The translations under genes were made by a program, and so were the position numbers. Source: Neoechinorhynchus agilis (taxonomy: Eukaryota; Animalia; Acanthocephala). From it: a stretch of DNA of 24,949 bases. Shown here one piece after another: positions 11,585-21,270 of the stretch (positions are counted from its first letter, which is position 1; every line of letters starts with the position of its first letter). The DNA is taken from assembly GCA_051530055.1 (NCBI GenBank), contig JBMGUZ010000038.1, positions 1-24,949 of the forward strand, in the 5' to 3' direction. The notes beneath the pieces were generated by a model, which ran no database searches, was not told the origin of the DNA, and was given only the letters and a program-made list of their open reading frames with translations.

Positions 11585-12215
11585 TAACCTCCCCGATGAC
11601 TGATTTATTTGTACGAATTTTCGTCTGTATGCAGACCTCTTCAGGTATCTAGAATAGTACGTGGTGAGTGTGGCTTGGGCAGAACTCTGGTGCCCGGGGT
11701 TGTTAGGCCCGCGGGTGATCTGTCACCCCCTGGGCAGGTCTTAGTTTGTATGGAATCTTCAGCTTCCAGCTTGGGGTATTCCCCTCCATACAGTTGTTGT
11801 TTATCATTACCGCTTTTTTGATTGCCCTCCTTTTCCAGTCACTCTCGATCATGATCTGATGAACATCCTCAAATCCGATTTCATGATTCGTTTTTACAAC
11901 ATGATTACTGATGGCGGACGACGTATCTGCTCTGCGCACACAATATTTATGCTGGTCAATACGCTTTTTTAGTCCTTGACTTGTTTGTCGAACATAATAT
12001 TTTCCGCATTGTCTGCATGGTTACTTTATAGATTATAATTTTTATCTTCTTGTTTTGGTTTCTTTTTGAATATACCCACCAACTTCGTTGCTGCTTTAGA
12101 ATATATTGACACCGAATGGGTCTTGCATCTTCTTATAAGATGTTGTAATTTGTTCAGAGTTGCTTCATTGATGAATTTTGATTCCAAGAATATTTTCTGA
12201 TTGGCGGTGGGTTTC
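11585..12215 (-). mobile_element. PLE A2 3' fragment: linker, GIY-YIG endonuclease and tail (left arm, empty CRE site)
   Basis: Minus strand: KL.GIFKKKPKQEDK, then frameshifted IIYKV.CRQCGKYYVRQTSQGLKKRI.QHK...SSAISNHV..TNHEIGFEDV....ESDWKRRAIKKAVMI, which is a GIY-YIG domain of PLE type. Confidence 0.85.
11611..11644 (-). ncRNA. PLE-type hammerhead ribozyme motif (left-arm copy)
   Basis: Reverse complement reads CTGAAGA-G-GTCTG-cata-CAGAC-GAAA-ATTCGTA followed by CAAATAAATC. Confidence 0.6.
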
Positions 12216-12224
12216 GGGTTGTTT

Positions 12225-12830
12225 CATTCACCTCTCGCTGAAAACTCATCCTCGTCTTCATTAAGGACTAGCCCGGTCGACCTCGTCGCGCGAGCCTGAA
12301 ATTAGAGAACTATGAACTCGGGCGACTAAAGGTTTATCCCAGATGAACTGCTTTAGACCATTCACGGGAACTTGGTAATAACCCGTATTCTCCCACCATT
12401 TATGGACCGCTACTAGAAATTCGTCCGCTAAACAGAACATGGGTCACAATATACGCTTTACCAGATCCCAACTAAGTTCGAATGATCGAAAAAACGCTGG
12501 CAACGACACATCTACTGCTTTTAGAATACCTAAGCCACTGGACGATACAGGCAATGAAGCTTGTCGCAAGGCCTCGTCTGAAAGCTGGATATTTAAAATG
12601 TGTTCGAGACACGCCTTCACAATGTCATCGAGCTTCTTTAACTTATCGACGTGCTTGAAGAAGGAAGCCGTGAGCAGTATATAAAGTAGTTTCGGGATGA
12701 AGAGGATATTCTTGATCAGGAATAGAGCCTCGTGTGACGAAAGTTCATGGACTCTATCGCACAGCATCGTGATGTTCAGGAATAGATGGTCGATTTCATA
12801 TGGACCCACGTTTGCGATTGAGATCTAGAA
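12225..12830 (-). pseudogene. CRE-clade non-LTR fragment, family 2 (post-RT thumb region), left-arm copy
   Basis: LCDRVHELSSHEALFLIKNILFIPKLLYIL...QASLPVSSSGLGI...SLPAF...QFIWDKPL is colinear with the equivalent part of the longer CRE at 22350-22800 but clearly a different sequence. Confidence 0.75.
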
Positions 12831-12842
12831 AATTAACGTTAA

Positions 12843-13324
12843 GCACTACAAAATATTTACGGCTGATGTGAACGCTCTGTTCACCAATGTCCCGTTGACT
12901 AATACGATCGAATTATCGGCTACGTTACTATCGAAGAATTGTAGTGAACCACTTTTGGACCTTGGCACGTAGCAGAAATGTACACGGCCCTTGAACTTGC
13001 CTGGATCTACAACGATTTCCAATACGAAATCACTTGGTTGACTCAGGTGTATCAGCACCATTTTGCGCTCTATGGAGATCGGTATGCCGACTATTTTGCA
13101 AAGTACCATTGGGTTGAATACTGGAATAAAATAGCTTTGTGGGCCATGGACGGAATGAAGGTCGGCTAAAATCGTAGCCTGACGCCTATGTCATAGTCAT
13201 TGCGATATTTTCAATAAAGTGTTATCTTTATTGCTTGATCGAATTCTTGTGTTACGCAGACTATAGAATCCAGGCCATTCGCTTTTTATTAATTTTAATA
13301 TAATCTTTTTAGCGCATGATTCTT
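12843..13324 (+). mobile_element. PLE B fragment: RT motif piece, aromatic-rich ORF and 3' tail
   Basis: ADVNALFTNVPLTNTIEL matches the PLE D(V)..LFTNVP motif. After a frameshift, EMYTALELAWIYNDFQYE aligns with the LLELCL..NYFQF block. The tail contains GCGATATTTTCAATAAAG, resembling the PLE A1 tail. Confidence 0.6.
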
Positions 13325-14455
13325 ATATCTAACATTTTGTTCGATCTGCGTTCTCGTCTATACATTCGAAATGTCCATTTTGTGCATTTGCACACTTAAT
13401 TACGTTCGTCGCAAACATTTGCTGTGATTTTAAGCTGCTCGAGACTCGGATTGCCTGAACAAATCGTGATCAAATCTCCTTTTCCATTGTTCTTCTTTTC
13501 TGCTTCTTTGATTGTATCAATCTGCTACTTACCAATAATCCAATAGAGAAGCCAATCGCGAACAACATAATTTCGGCCGATCCTCAAAACAACGAGTACT
13601 ATTCAGCAAATCCAATATTTTGAATCTTATGGAGGTTGATATTTTAGAAAATTGATTTGTGAGAAAAATGAAAATAATGTTTAATTTGAAAAATTTATTT
13701 TGCGTTTTGACGAAATATAAAAACGTCCTTGCCAAAAATTATAATGTTCTTGCTGTTCGCCGCTCTATTTTTCAATGCTGATTGTCGAGCGACGAACCAA
13801 TAATTGTTCCCGTCTCGCTCGAATGATCATCGAGTCGATTTCCTAGGAACGTTGTATTGAGTGAAACATTGCTATTTATTGAATATCACTGCCTTTTTAC
13901 TGTCGATACCCACAGAATCTCCAACGATGCAAATATTGAGGATTTTGGGACTTTAATAACGACGTTTCTGACGATGAAATTCCGATACATAACAAGAAAA
14001 TTGAGCATATAAATTTCCGCATATGATTTAAATTTCAGCAGCAGCGGTCTCGAAGACTTCATGCATCCTTTGAATTTTTAGGTCCGATGAAAGAGCCTAA
14101 TTGATATATTTATCCTTTTCGTCGACTTTTGCTGCTATACTATTTCCAATGTCTCTTAATCTCTGCGATTGATTCTCTCTATTTTACTACTTCAACCATC
14201 GCAAAATCGTTAACTGAACGTCCCCAGTGGTATTTATCTTCTTCGTCAATCGTTCCAACGTATCGTTTGCGAATTTCAACGATCTCTGTGAGTGATGTTC
14301 CCTCTATTCTTCAACTATAACATTATCGGGGATTTCGTTCGGTAAATTCAATTCACTTTCGGAGAAATTGTGCTTAGATTTATTCACGATGTGACCATGC
14401 CGTTCGACTGCTTTAGGCTTTAATTGTTCAAGTTTACTGGTGTATTTGGTTTATA

Positions 14456-15862
14456 CAGGGTGTAACACACCCTTAGTACTACCCTCTACAAGGAAAACTA
14501 TAACAGATATTCTGATGCGGTTTTCAGGGTTTGAAAGCTTATTTCAATACGCTTCTAACGATATACAGGGTGGATGGAACACACCCTTTACAACCCCCTC
14601 CACAGAAAGACACTGTTTCGCCCAATGCTGTAGAGGAAGCACTTCGTAGAAATTGATTCCCTGCGTATCTGCAAAGATACGTGATAAGCAAATACCATGG
14701 AAGTACTGCAGGGATCCGTTTGTCTAACGCCAAACCTTCAGAACCCATTAATTTCCTGAGAGAAGTAAAGCAAGGGGACCCCCTCTCTCCTTTGCTGTTC
14801 GCGCTGTGTGTAGACGATCCACTGCATGAGATCCGGAAACTTGATACGGGGTGCCAGCTAAAGAAAGACACTCGCTTGTCCGGACCTCCAAGCAATGATA
14901 GACACTCTTCACACTAAGCTCAAAGAATGCAAGCTTTTCTTGAGCCCTAATAAGTGTCAAACATACCATCATAGTTATAAAAGCTTTAAGCTCATGGTGG
15001 ACCGCGAATCTAGAATAAGGGTAAACGGTATAAAGCTAAAGGCCATCATGGAAGGAGACCCAGTAAAATACCTCGGGGCACTCCATGGAAGGAAACTACA
15101 GTGGAGGAGGGTTTTGATATTCTGGCGTCGCTTTTTGCTGCTACGGAGCGTGTCCAACTTACGCCAACTCAGGCCGCTCACTTGCTAAATGACTATGGGG
15201 TGCCATCCCTTGTTGCAAAGCTCGAAGCATCCTGGGACATATCGTCTACTAACTTGAGGCGTATCGACGATCAGTTGAGATCAAAACTAAAGAAACTCCT
15301 TCAACTGTAGAGGAGTGTTAACGATGGCGCCTTTTATCTGCCGTTCTCAAAAGGTGGGTTGGGATTTAGGTCCCTTGGCCATCAAGTACAAAGTACGAGG
15401 CTTCGAGCCGTGAGCGGTTATTGATAAATTCGGAGGCGTGATTGATCTCCACAAGGAAATCGGCACAATTCGCGAGTATTTCGACATGCTTGGTGACAAG
15501 TTCGAACTGGATCAAATCTCTTCAAATACCTCATTTCAACAGCAATATTTGAAAAAGTGGAGAGAGGAGACGACGCAATCGCCTGGAATCGACTGCTTTA
15601 CGAACGGAATGGTTGATCGAAGTCTCATAACTTTTCGCTATCGACAAGATCGTCATCGTTCTTATATAGAGCACGTAAAGCCAAGATTCCAAATCTTGGA
15701 AGTAGGCTCCGTTTGAGCCGAGTGAATCATCAGCGTGGTGGAGCATGTTGGCATTGCACCGCAGCGGTTGAATCACTAGACGGATGCGATTACACTTCTA
15801 CTGCAATGATCCGATGCCAAGATAAGGTGCGATCGCGTGTTGTGTGGACGTTGGCGAAGAGT
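14456..15862 (+). mobile_element. Truncated, frameshifted R2/NeSL-like (RLE-type) non-LTR retrotransposon
   Basis: DTVSPNAVEEALRR..P, VKQGDPLSPLLFALCVDDPL, LSPNKCQ, VKYLG, LYLPFSKGGLG, and a C-terminal CWHCTAAVESL..C......DKVRSRV zinc-knuckle remnant. Many stops and frameshifts. Confidence 0.8.
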
Positions 15863-15920
15863 CATCACCATTGGAAAGCTCATTTCAATACGGATTCAAC
15901 GGCATATCACACTATGACAT

Positions 15921-16115
15921 TCAATAATCAGTTGGGCCGCCATTGGCCTCCAGAACGGCCTTGATACGGGCAGGGTAGGAGCTCAAGAGGCGCTCGAACA
16001 GGCCGGTGTTTCCGCGCAGCCGGGTCAGCACGGCGTCGATGGCTCGACGCAGGGCTGCTTGGGAGTGGTCTCCGTCCTGCCGGAGATGCTCCTCGACCCC
16101 GTCCTTGATGATCGC
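15921..16115 (-). mobile_element. C-terminal fragment of a Tc1/IS630-family DNA transposase
   Basis: A 65-codon open minus frame (no ATG, so absent from the track): AIIKDGVEEHL...LFERLLSSYPARIKAVLEANGGPTDY*. This matches the Tc1 C-terminal L..S.P.R..AV..A.GG.T.Y* signature. Hand count 125/195 = 64% GC. Confidence 0.8.
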
Positions 16116-16384
16116 TTACTGCGAATAAATGCTTGTAAATCAAAAGGCGAAGGAGACATCTGCTTTAAGGTGACTTTGTTTGGTTCGGTTTTATCGTTCA
16201 TGATCCTTCAACGTGTGTACAAGTGTTTAGTTTTGTCAGTGTGTATTCTATTCAATAAAACCTTTTGAAAGTCATCACAATAAGCATAACCAATTTTTTT
16301 AAAAGCTTTTCGAGCACGATTCAACAAGTGCCAACGTCAACGTTTCAACACAAATAGTATTTTTCAAAAAAAAATGCATTAATA

Positions 16385-17050
16385 AAACAAGAATCAGAAG
16401 AAAATCATCATTCTAACTTTATTTCGGATGTCCATGTCTTTTGTTTAAAATTATCGCTCTTAATAAATATTTTAAAAAAACTGAACAAGTCTTGAAAAAA
16501 CATATAAAAAACTGATTGCAATAAATCGCCAATCAGAAAAAGACAAATCATCATCTCTTTAAATTGGATGTCAACGTCTTTTTGTTCATCATTTTCGCAG
16601 TTTTGAAATATTTGAATGATAGATAGCGACTCGTGCTTTTAAAAGCAATTAGAAAATGATTACAATAATTAACGAATCAGAAGACAAGTCATCATCTCGT
16701 TAAATCGAATGTCCCTATCTTTTGATAATAATTTTCGCCGTTAAGAAATATTTTAAAGAAACTGAACAAATTCTGTGCTACCATGGAATTAAAATCTGAT
16801 TACACTAATTCACGAATAAGAAGAAAACAAATTATCATCTCGTTAAATCGGATGCTACTGTCTTTTGTTCATCATTATCGCAGTTAAGAAATATTTAAAA
16901 GAAATTGCACAAATGCTGTGTTGCAAAGCAATTAAAAATGGTTATAATAATTCGCGAATCAGAAGAAGACAAATTATCATCTCGTTAAATCGGATGCTAC
17001 TGTTTTTTGTTCATCATTATCGCAGTTAAGAAACATTTAGAAGAAATTGA
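16385..17050 (+). repeat. AT-rich tandem repeat, about 141 bp period, about 4.7 copies
   Basis: The anchor GAATCAGAA(G) occurs at 16391, 16530, 16674, 16814 and 16956, each followed by ATCATCTC(G)TTAAATCGGATG...TTTTGTTCATCATT.TCGCAGTTAAGAAATATTT. Confidence 0.9.
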
Positions 17051-17587
17051 ACCGCCTCGAGTGCTTTTCGCTCCTGGCGATTGCAACAGAGACGTTTCCA
17101 GAAGAAGAAGTCTACTTGGATCGATAGAAAGCGGTTTTCCCTTGTTGAATGAATTCGCCTTCATATTATCCATCATTTTTACTGAAAAATAGTATTCTTT
17201 GATTGGTCCGAAAATCTCATCAACTTTTCCGATTTATTCTTTATTTTCCAAGTAGATTTGAGCATTGAAATAGAGGACGTGTGACTTGATCTCTACTCTA
17301 AGAACGAGTTGTCCCTCGCAAGGTTGTAGAATTTCTCCAGCAGGTTGGAAGGTATAAGGTTGTCCCATGTCAAAATCGCGCCCGCCTTTTAAAGATTAGG
17401 CCTCCGTGAATCTTTGCTGCCGTTGTGTTGATTTCGTTACTTCGCGATTTTCCGAAATTGTCGTTTGTTAACAGAATATCTCGTGTTGACTACGAGAAAT
17501 AATCTCAGCAGTATTATTGCTTCTTTGTTTAATGGGCCTAAATATACTTCTATCGAATTCGTTGCTGTCACCTCTTCGGTATGGCAT
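17051..17587 (-). pseudogene. GAR1: GAR1 (H/ACA ribonucleoprotein subunit 1) pseudogene
   Basis: Minus frame 17389-17051 reads [112 protein letters not shown]. This is the Gar1 core ([25 protein letters not shown]...YFSVK). A TAA at 17234-17236 replaces the conserved Q. An in-frame ATG at 17587 begins an eroded RGG-like N-terminus. Confidence 0.92.
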
Positions 17588-17930
17588 TGCTTATTTAAGT
17601 GTTTGTTTATCGTTACGCATTTAAATGTTTTCTGAACTTTTCCAACTTAATTTATCGCCTGATCGTAATTTTATTCTACGCTTGAGAAACCCAATTTTTC
17701 CTTAAAAAGATTTTCGTTTACGTCGTTATGAAGCATTATAAAGTTGTTCTAGTAAACGTGTTTGCTGATTAATTTTCGTGTTGTTGAACAAACTTTGAAC
17801 GCCTGTGTACTATTTTGTAGCTATGTTTACCATTCATAGTCTCCGTTTGTGCACTCGCTAAAGTCTACTTGGTTGGAGCGTCACTTCGTTTTCGATCCAA
17901 CGAACCATCTTCATCTCTCATCCTTGAAAC

Positions 17931-18315
17931 GAAATGTACACGGCCCTTGAACTTGCCTGGATCTACAACGATTTCCAATACGAAATCACTTGGTTGACTC
18001 AGGTGTATCAGCACCATTATGCGCTCTATGGAGATCGATATACCGAATATTTTGTAATGTACCATTGGGTTGAATACTGGAACCACATAGCTTTGTGGGC
18101 CATGAGCAGAGGCATAACAGAGTAGCTGCTTCTGCTCATGAAGGTCGGCTAAAATCGCAGACTTACCCTATGTCATAGTCATTGCGATATTTTCAATAAA
18201 GTGCTATCTTTACTGCTTGATTGAATTCTTGTGTTACGCAAACTATAGAATCCAGGACATTCGCTTTTTATTAATTTTAATATAATCTTTTTAGCGCAAG
18301 TTTGTTGTGATTCTT
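17931..18315 (+). mobile_element. Third, more diverged copy of the PLE B aromatic-ORF/tail module
   Basis: Matches 12975-13324 from GAAATGTACACGG to TTGTTGTGATTCTT. The upstream sequence is different and there is an insertion near the ORF end. Confidence 0.85.
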
Positions 18316-18556
18316 GGTATTTGCTTATCACGTATCTTTGCAGATACGCAGGGAATCAATTTCTACGAAGTGCTTCCTCTACAGCATTGGGCGAAACAGT
18401 GTCTTTCTGTGGAGGGGGTTGTAAAGGGTGTGTTCCATCCACCCTGTATATCGTTAGAAGCGTATTGAAATAAGCTTTCAAACCCTGAAAACCGCATCAG
18501 AATATCTGTTATAGTTTTCCTTGTAAAGGGTGGTACTAAGGGTGTGTTACACCCTG
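18315..18556 (-). pseudogene. Inverted copy of the 5' part of the R2/NeSL-like fragment
   Basis: Reverse complement of 14456-14697, cut off at 18315. Confidence 0.85.
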
Positions 18557-20153
18557 TATAAACCAACTACACCAGTAAACATGAACAATTAAAGCCTAAA
18601 GCAGTCGAACGGCATAGTCACATCGTGAATAAATCTAAGCACAAATTCTCCGAAAGTGAATTGGATTTACTGAACGAAGTCCCCGATAATGTTACAGTTG
18701 AAGAATAGAGGGAACATCACTCACAGAGATCGTTGAAATTCGGAAACGATACGTTGGAACGATTGACGAAGAGGATAAATACTACTGGGGACGTTCAGTT
18801 AACGTTTTTGCGGTGGTTGAAGTAGTAAAATAGAGAGAATCACCCGCAGAAATTAAAAGACATTGGAAATAGTATAGCAGCAAAAGTCGACGAAAAGGAT
18901 AAATATATCAATTAGGCTATTTCATCGGACCTAAAAATTCAAAGGATGCATGAAATTTCGAGACCGCTGCTGCTGAAATTTAAATCATATGCGGAAATTT
19001 ATATGCTCAATTTTCTTGTTATGTATCGGAATTTCATCGTCAGAAGCGTCGTTATTAAAGTTCCATAATCCTCAATATTTGCATCGTTGGAGATTCTGTG
19101 GGTATCGACAGTAAAAAGGCAGTGATATTCAATAAATAGCAATGTTTCACTCAATACAACGTTCCTAGGAAATCGACTCGATGATCATTCGAGCGAGACG
19201 GGAACAATTATTGGTTCGTCGCTCAACAATCAGCATTGAAAAATAGAGCGGTGAACAGCAAAAACATTATAATTTTTAGCTAAGACGTCCTTATATTTCG
19301 TCAAAACGCAAAATAGATTTTTAAATTTCTATATTTTTTTAATCGTTCTCACAATTCAATGTTCTGAAATATCAGCCTCCATAAGATTCCGAAAATTGGA
19401 TCTGCTGAATAATACTCGCTGTTTTGAGGGAACGCATTGCAATCACAACACTATCGACCCCAATCATATTGCTCGCCATTGGCTTCTCTATTTGATTATT
19501 GGTAATTAGCAGATTGGTATAATCAAAGAAGCAGAAAAGCAATGGAAAGGAGATTCTATCACGATTTGTTCAGCTCATCCGAGTGGCAGAAAGTGAGACG
19601 GAAATGGAAGGAACGGATGCGGAAAGTTTTCGGATCCACATAAAGAATTTAGGGAAAGCGGAATTGAAATGTAGGATTAAAAATTAATTTGAACGATCTG
19701 CAAAGAAGATGATGGAGGAAAGTTGAAATCAAATTGAAAAATGTTGGGTGGTGGCGGGCGAAGCTATAAACGGTGAGGAGTTATTTTTTGTGATTATGAA
19801 AAGAAAAAAGAAGAAACGAATGAAATTGAGATTGACGAAGAATTTGTAAAACATGAGATGCGAAATGCGAGCAATAAAGTGGAAATCGGGCGCTTAAACT
19901 GATATTGATCCGGATCAAATCCGCAAAACGTGTTTGGACGGCGATAAACACCACTGAAAAAAATTATAAGGTGTTTCGTGACTCCACTACCGCTTATTCA
20001 CGGTGCATTAAATATTCTTGATAGTCATTTTCGCATCGAGCAGCTTAAAATCACAGCAAATGTTTGCGACGAACGTAATTCGGTGTGCAAATGAACAAAA
20101 TGGACATTTAGAATGTATAGACGAGAACGCAGATCGAACAAAAAGTTAGATAT

Positions 20154-20644
20154 AAGAATTACAACAAGCTTGCGCTAAAAAGATTATATTAAAATTAATA
20201 AAAAGCGAATGGCCTGGATTCTATAGTCTGCGTAACACAAGAATTCGATCAAGCAATAAAGATAACACTTTATTGAAAATATCGCAATGACTATGACATA
20301 GGCGTCAGGCTACGATTTTAGCCGACCTTCATTCCGTCCATGGCCCACAAAGCTATTTTATTCCAGTATTCAACCCAATGGTACTTTGCAAAATAGTCGG
20401 CATACCGATCTCCATAGAGCGCATAATGGTGCTGATACACCTGAGTCAACCAAGTGATTTCGTATTGGAAATCGTTGTAGATCCAGGCAAGTTCAAGGGC
20501 CGTGTACATTTCTGCTACGTGCCAAGGCCCAAAAGTGGTTCACAACAATTCTTCGATAGTAACGTAGCCGATAATTCGATCGTATTAGTCAACGGGACAT
20601 TGGTGAACAGAGCGTTCACATCAGCCGTAAATATTTTGTAGTGC
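20154..20644 (-). mobile_element. PLE B fragment, right-arm copy
   Basis: Near-identical reverse complement of 12843-13324 (ORF 20318-20509). Confidence 0.65.
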
Positions 20645-20659
20645 TTAACGTTAATTTTC

Positions 20660-21270
20660 TAGATCTCAATCGCAAACGTGGGTCCATATGAAATCGACCA
20701 TCTATTCCTGAACATCACGATGCTGTGCGATAGAGTCCATGAACTTTCGTCACACGAGGCTCTATTCCTGATCAAGAATATCCTCTTCATCCCGAAACTA
20801 CTTTATATACTGCTCACGGCTTCCTTCTTCAAGCACGTCGATAAGTTAAAGAAGCTCGATGACATTGTGAAGGCGTGTCTCGAACACATTTTAAATATCC
20901 AGCTTTCAGACGAGTCCTTGCGACAAGCTTCATTGCCTGTATCGTCCAGTGGCTTAGGTATTCTAAAAGCAGTAGATGTGTCGTTGCCAGCGTTTTTTCG
21001 ATCATTCGAACTTAGTTGGGATCTGGTAAAGCGTATATTGTGACCCATGTTCTGTTTAGCGGACGAATTTCTAGTAGCGGTCCATAAATGGTGGGAGAAT
21101 ACGGGTTATTACCAAGTTCCCGTGAGTGGTCTAAAGCAGTTCATCTGGGATAAACCTTTAGTCGCCCGAGTTCATAGTTCTCTAATTTCAGGCTCGCGCG
21201 ACGATGTCGACCGGGCTAGTCCTTAATGAAGACGAGGATGAGTATTCAGCGAGAGGAGAATGATACGAAC
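20660..21270 (+). pseudogene. CRE-clade fragment, family 2, right-arm copy
   Basis: ORF 20678-21043 differs from its left-arm mirror by one residue (EA/ES). Confidence 0.75.

Larger units (their letters stand above)
9770..14697 (+). repeat. Left arm of a large imperfect inverted duplication
   Basis: 9770 onward (AATAATTCAGAATGCAAACTC...) is the reverse complement of the window end. Mirror ORF pairs: 11609/23752, 11703/23634, 12444/20678, 12846/20378, 12978/20318, 14440/18363. The match ends at ...GCAAATACCA (14697). Confidence 0.95.

Noticed and set aside
14129-14320. Antisense peptide YVGTIDEEDKYYWGRSV as a transposase-associated domain
   Set aside because: The resemblance is too vague, and the frame is interrupted in both arms.
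10918-17050. CRISPR-like reading of the 57-71 bp and 141 bp repeats
   Set aside because: The units are degenerate tandem copies without unique spacers, and the context is eukaryotic with no cas genes.
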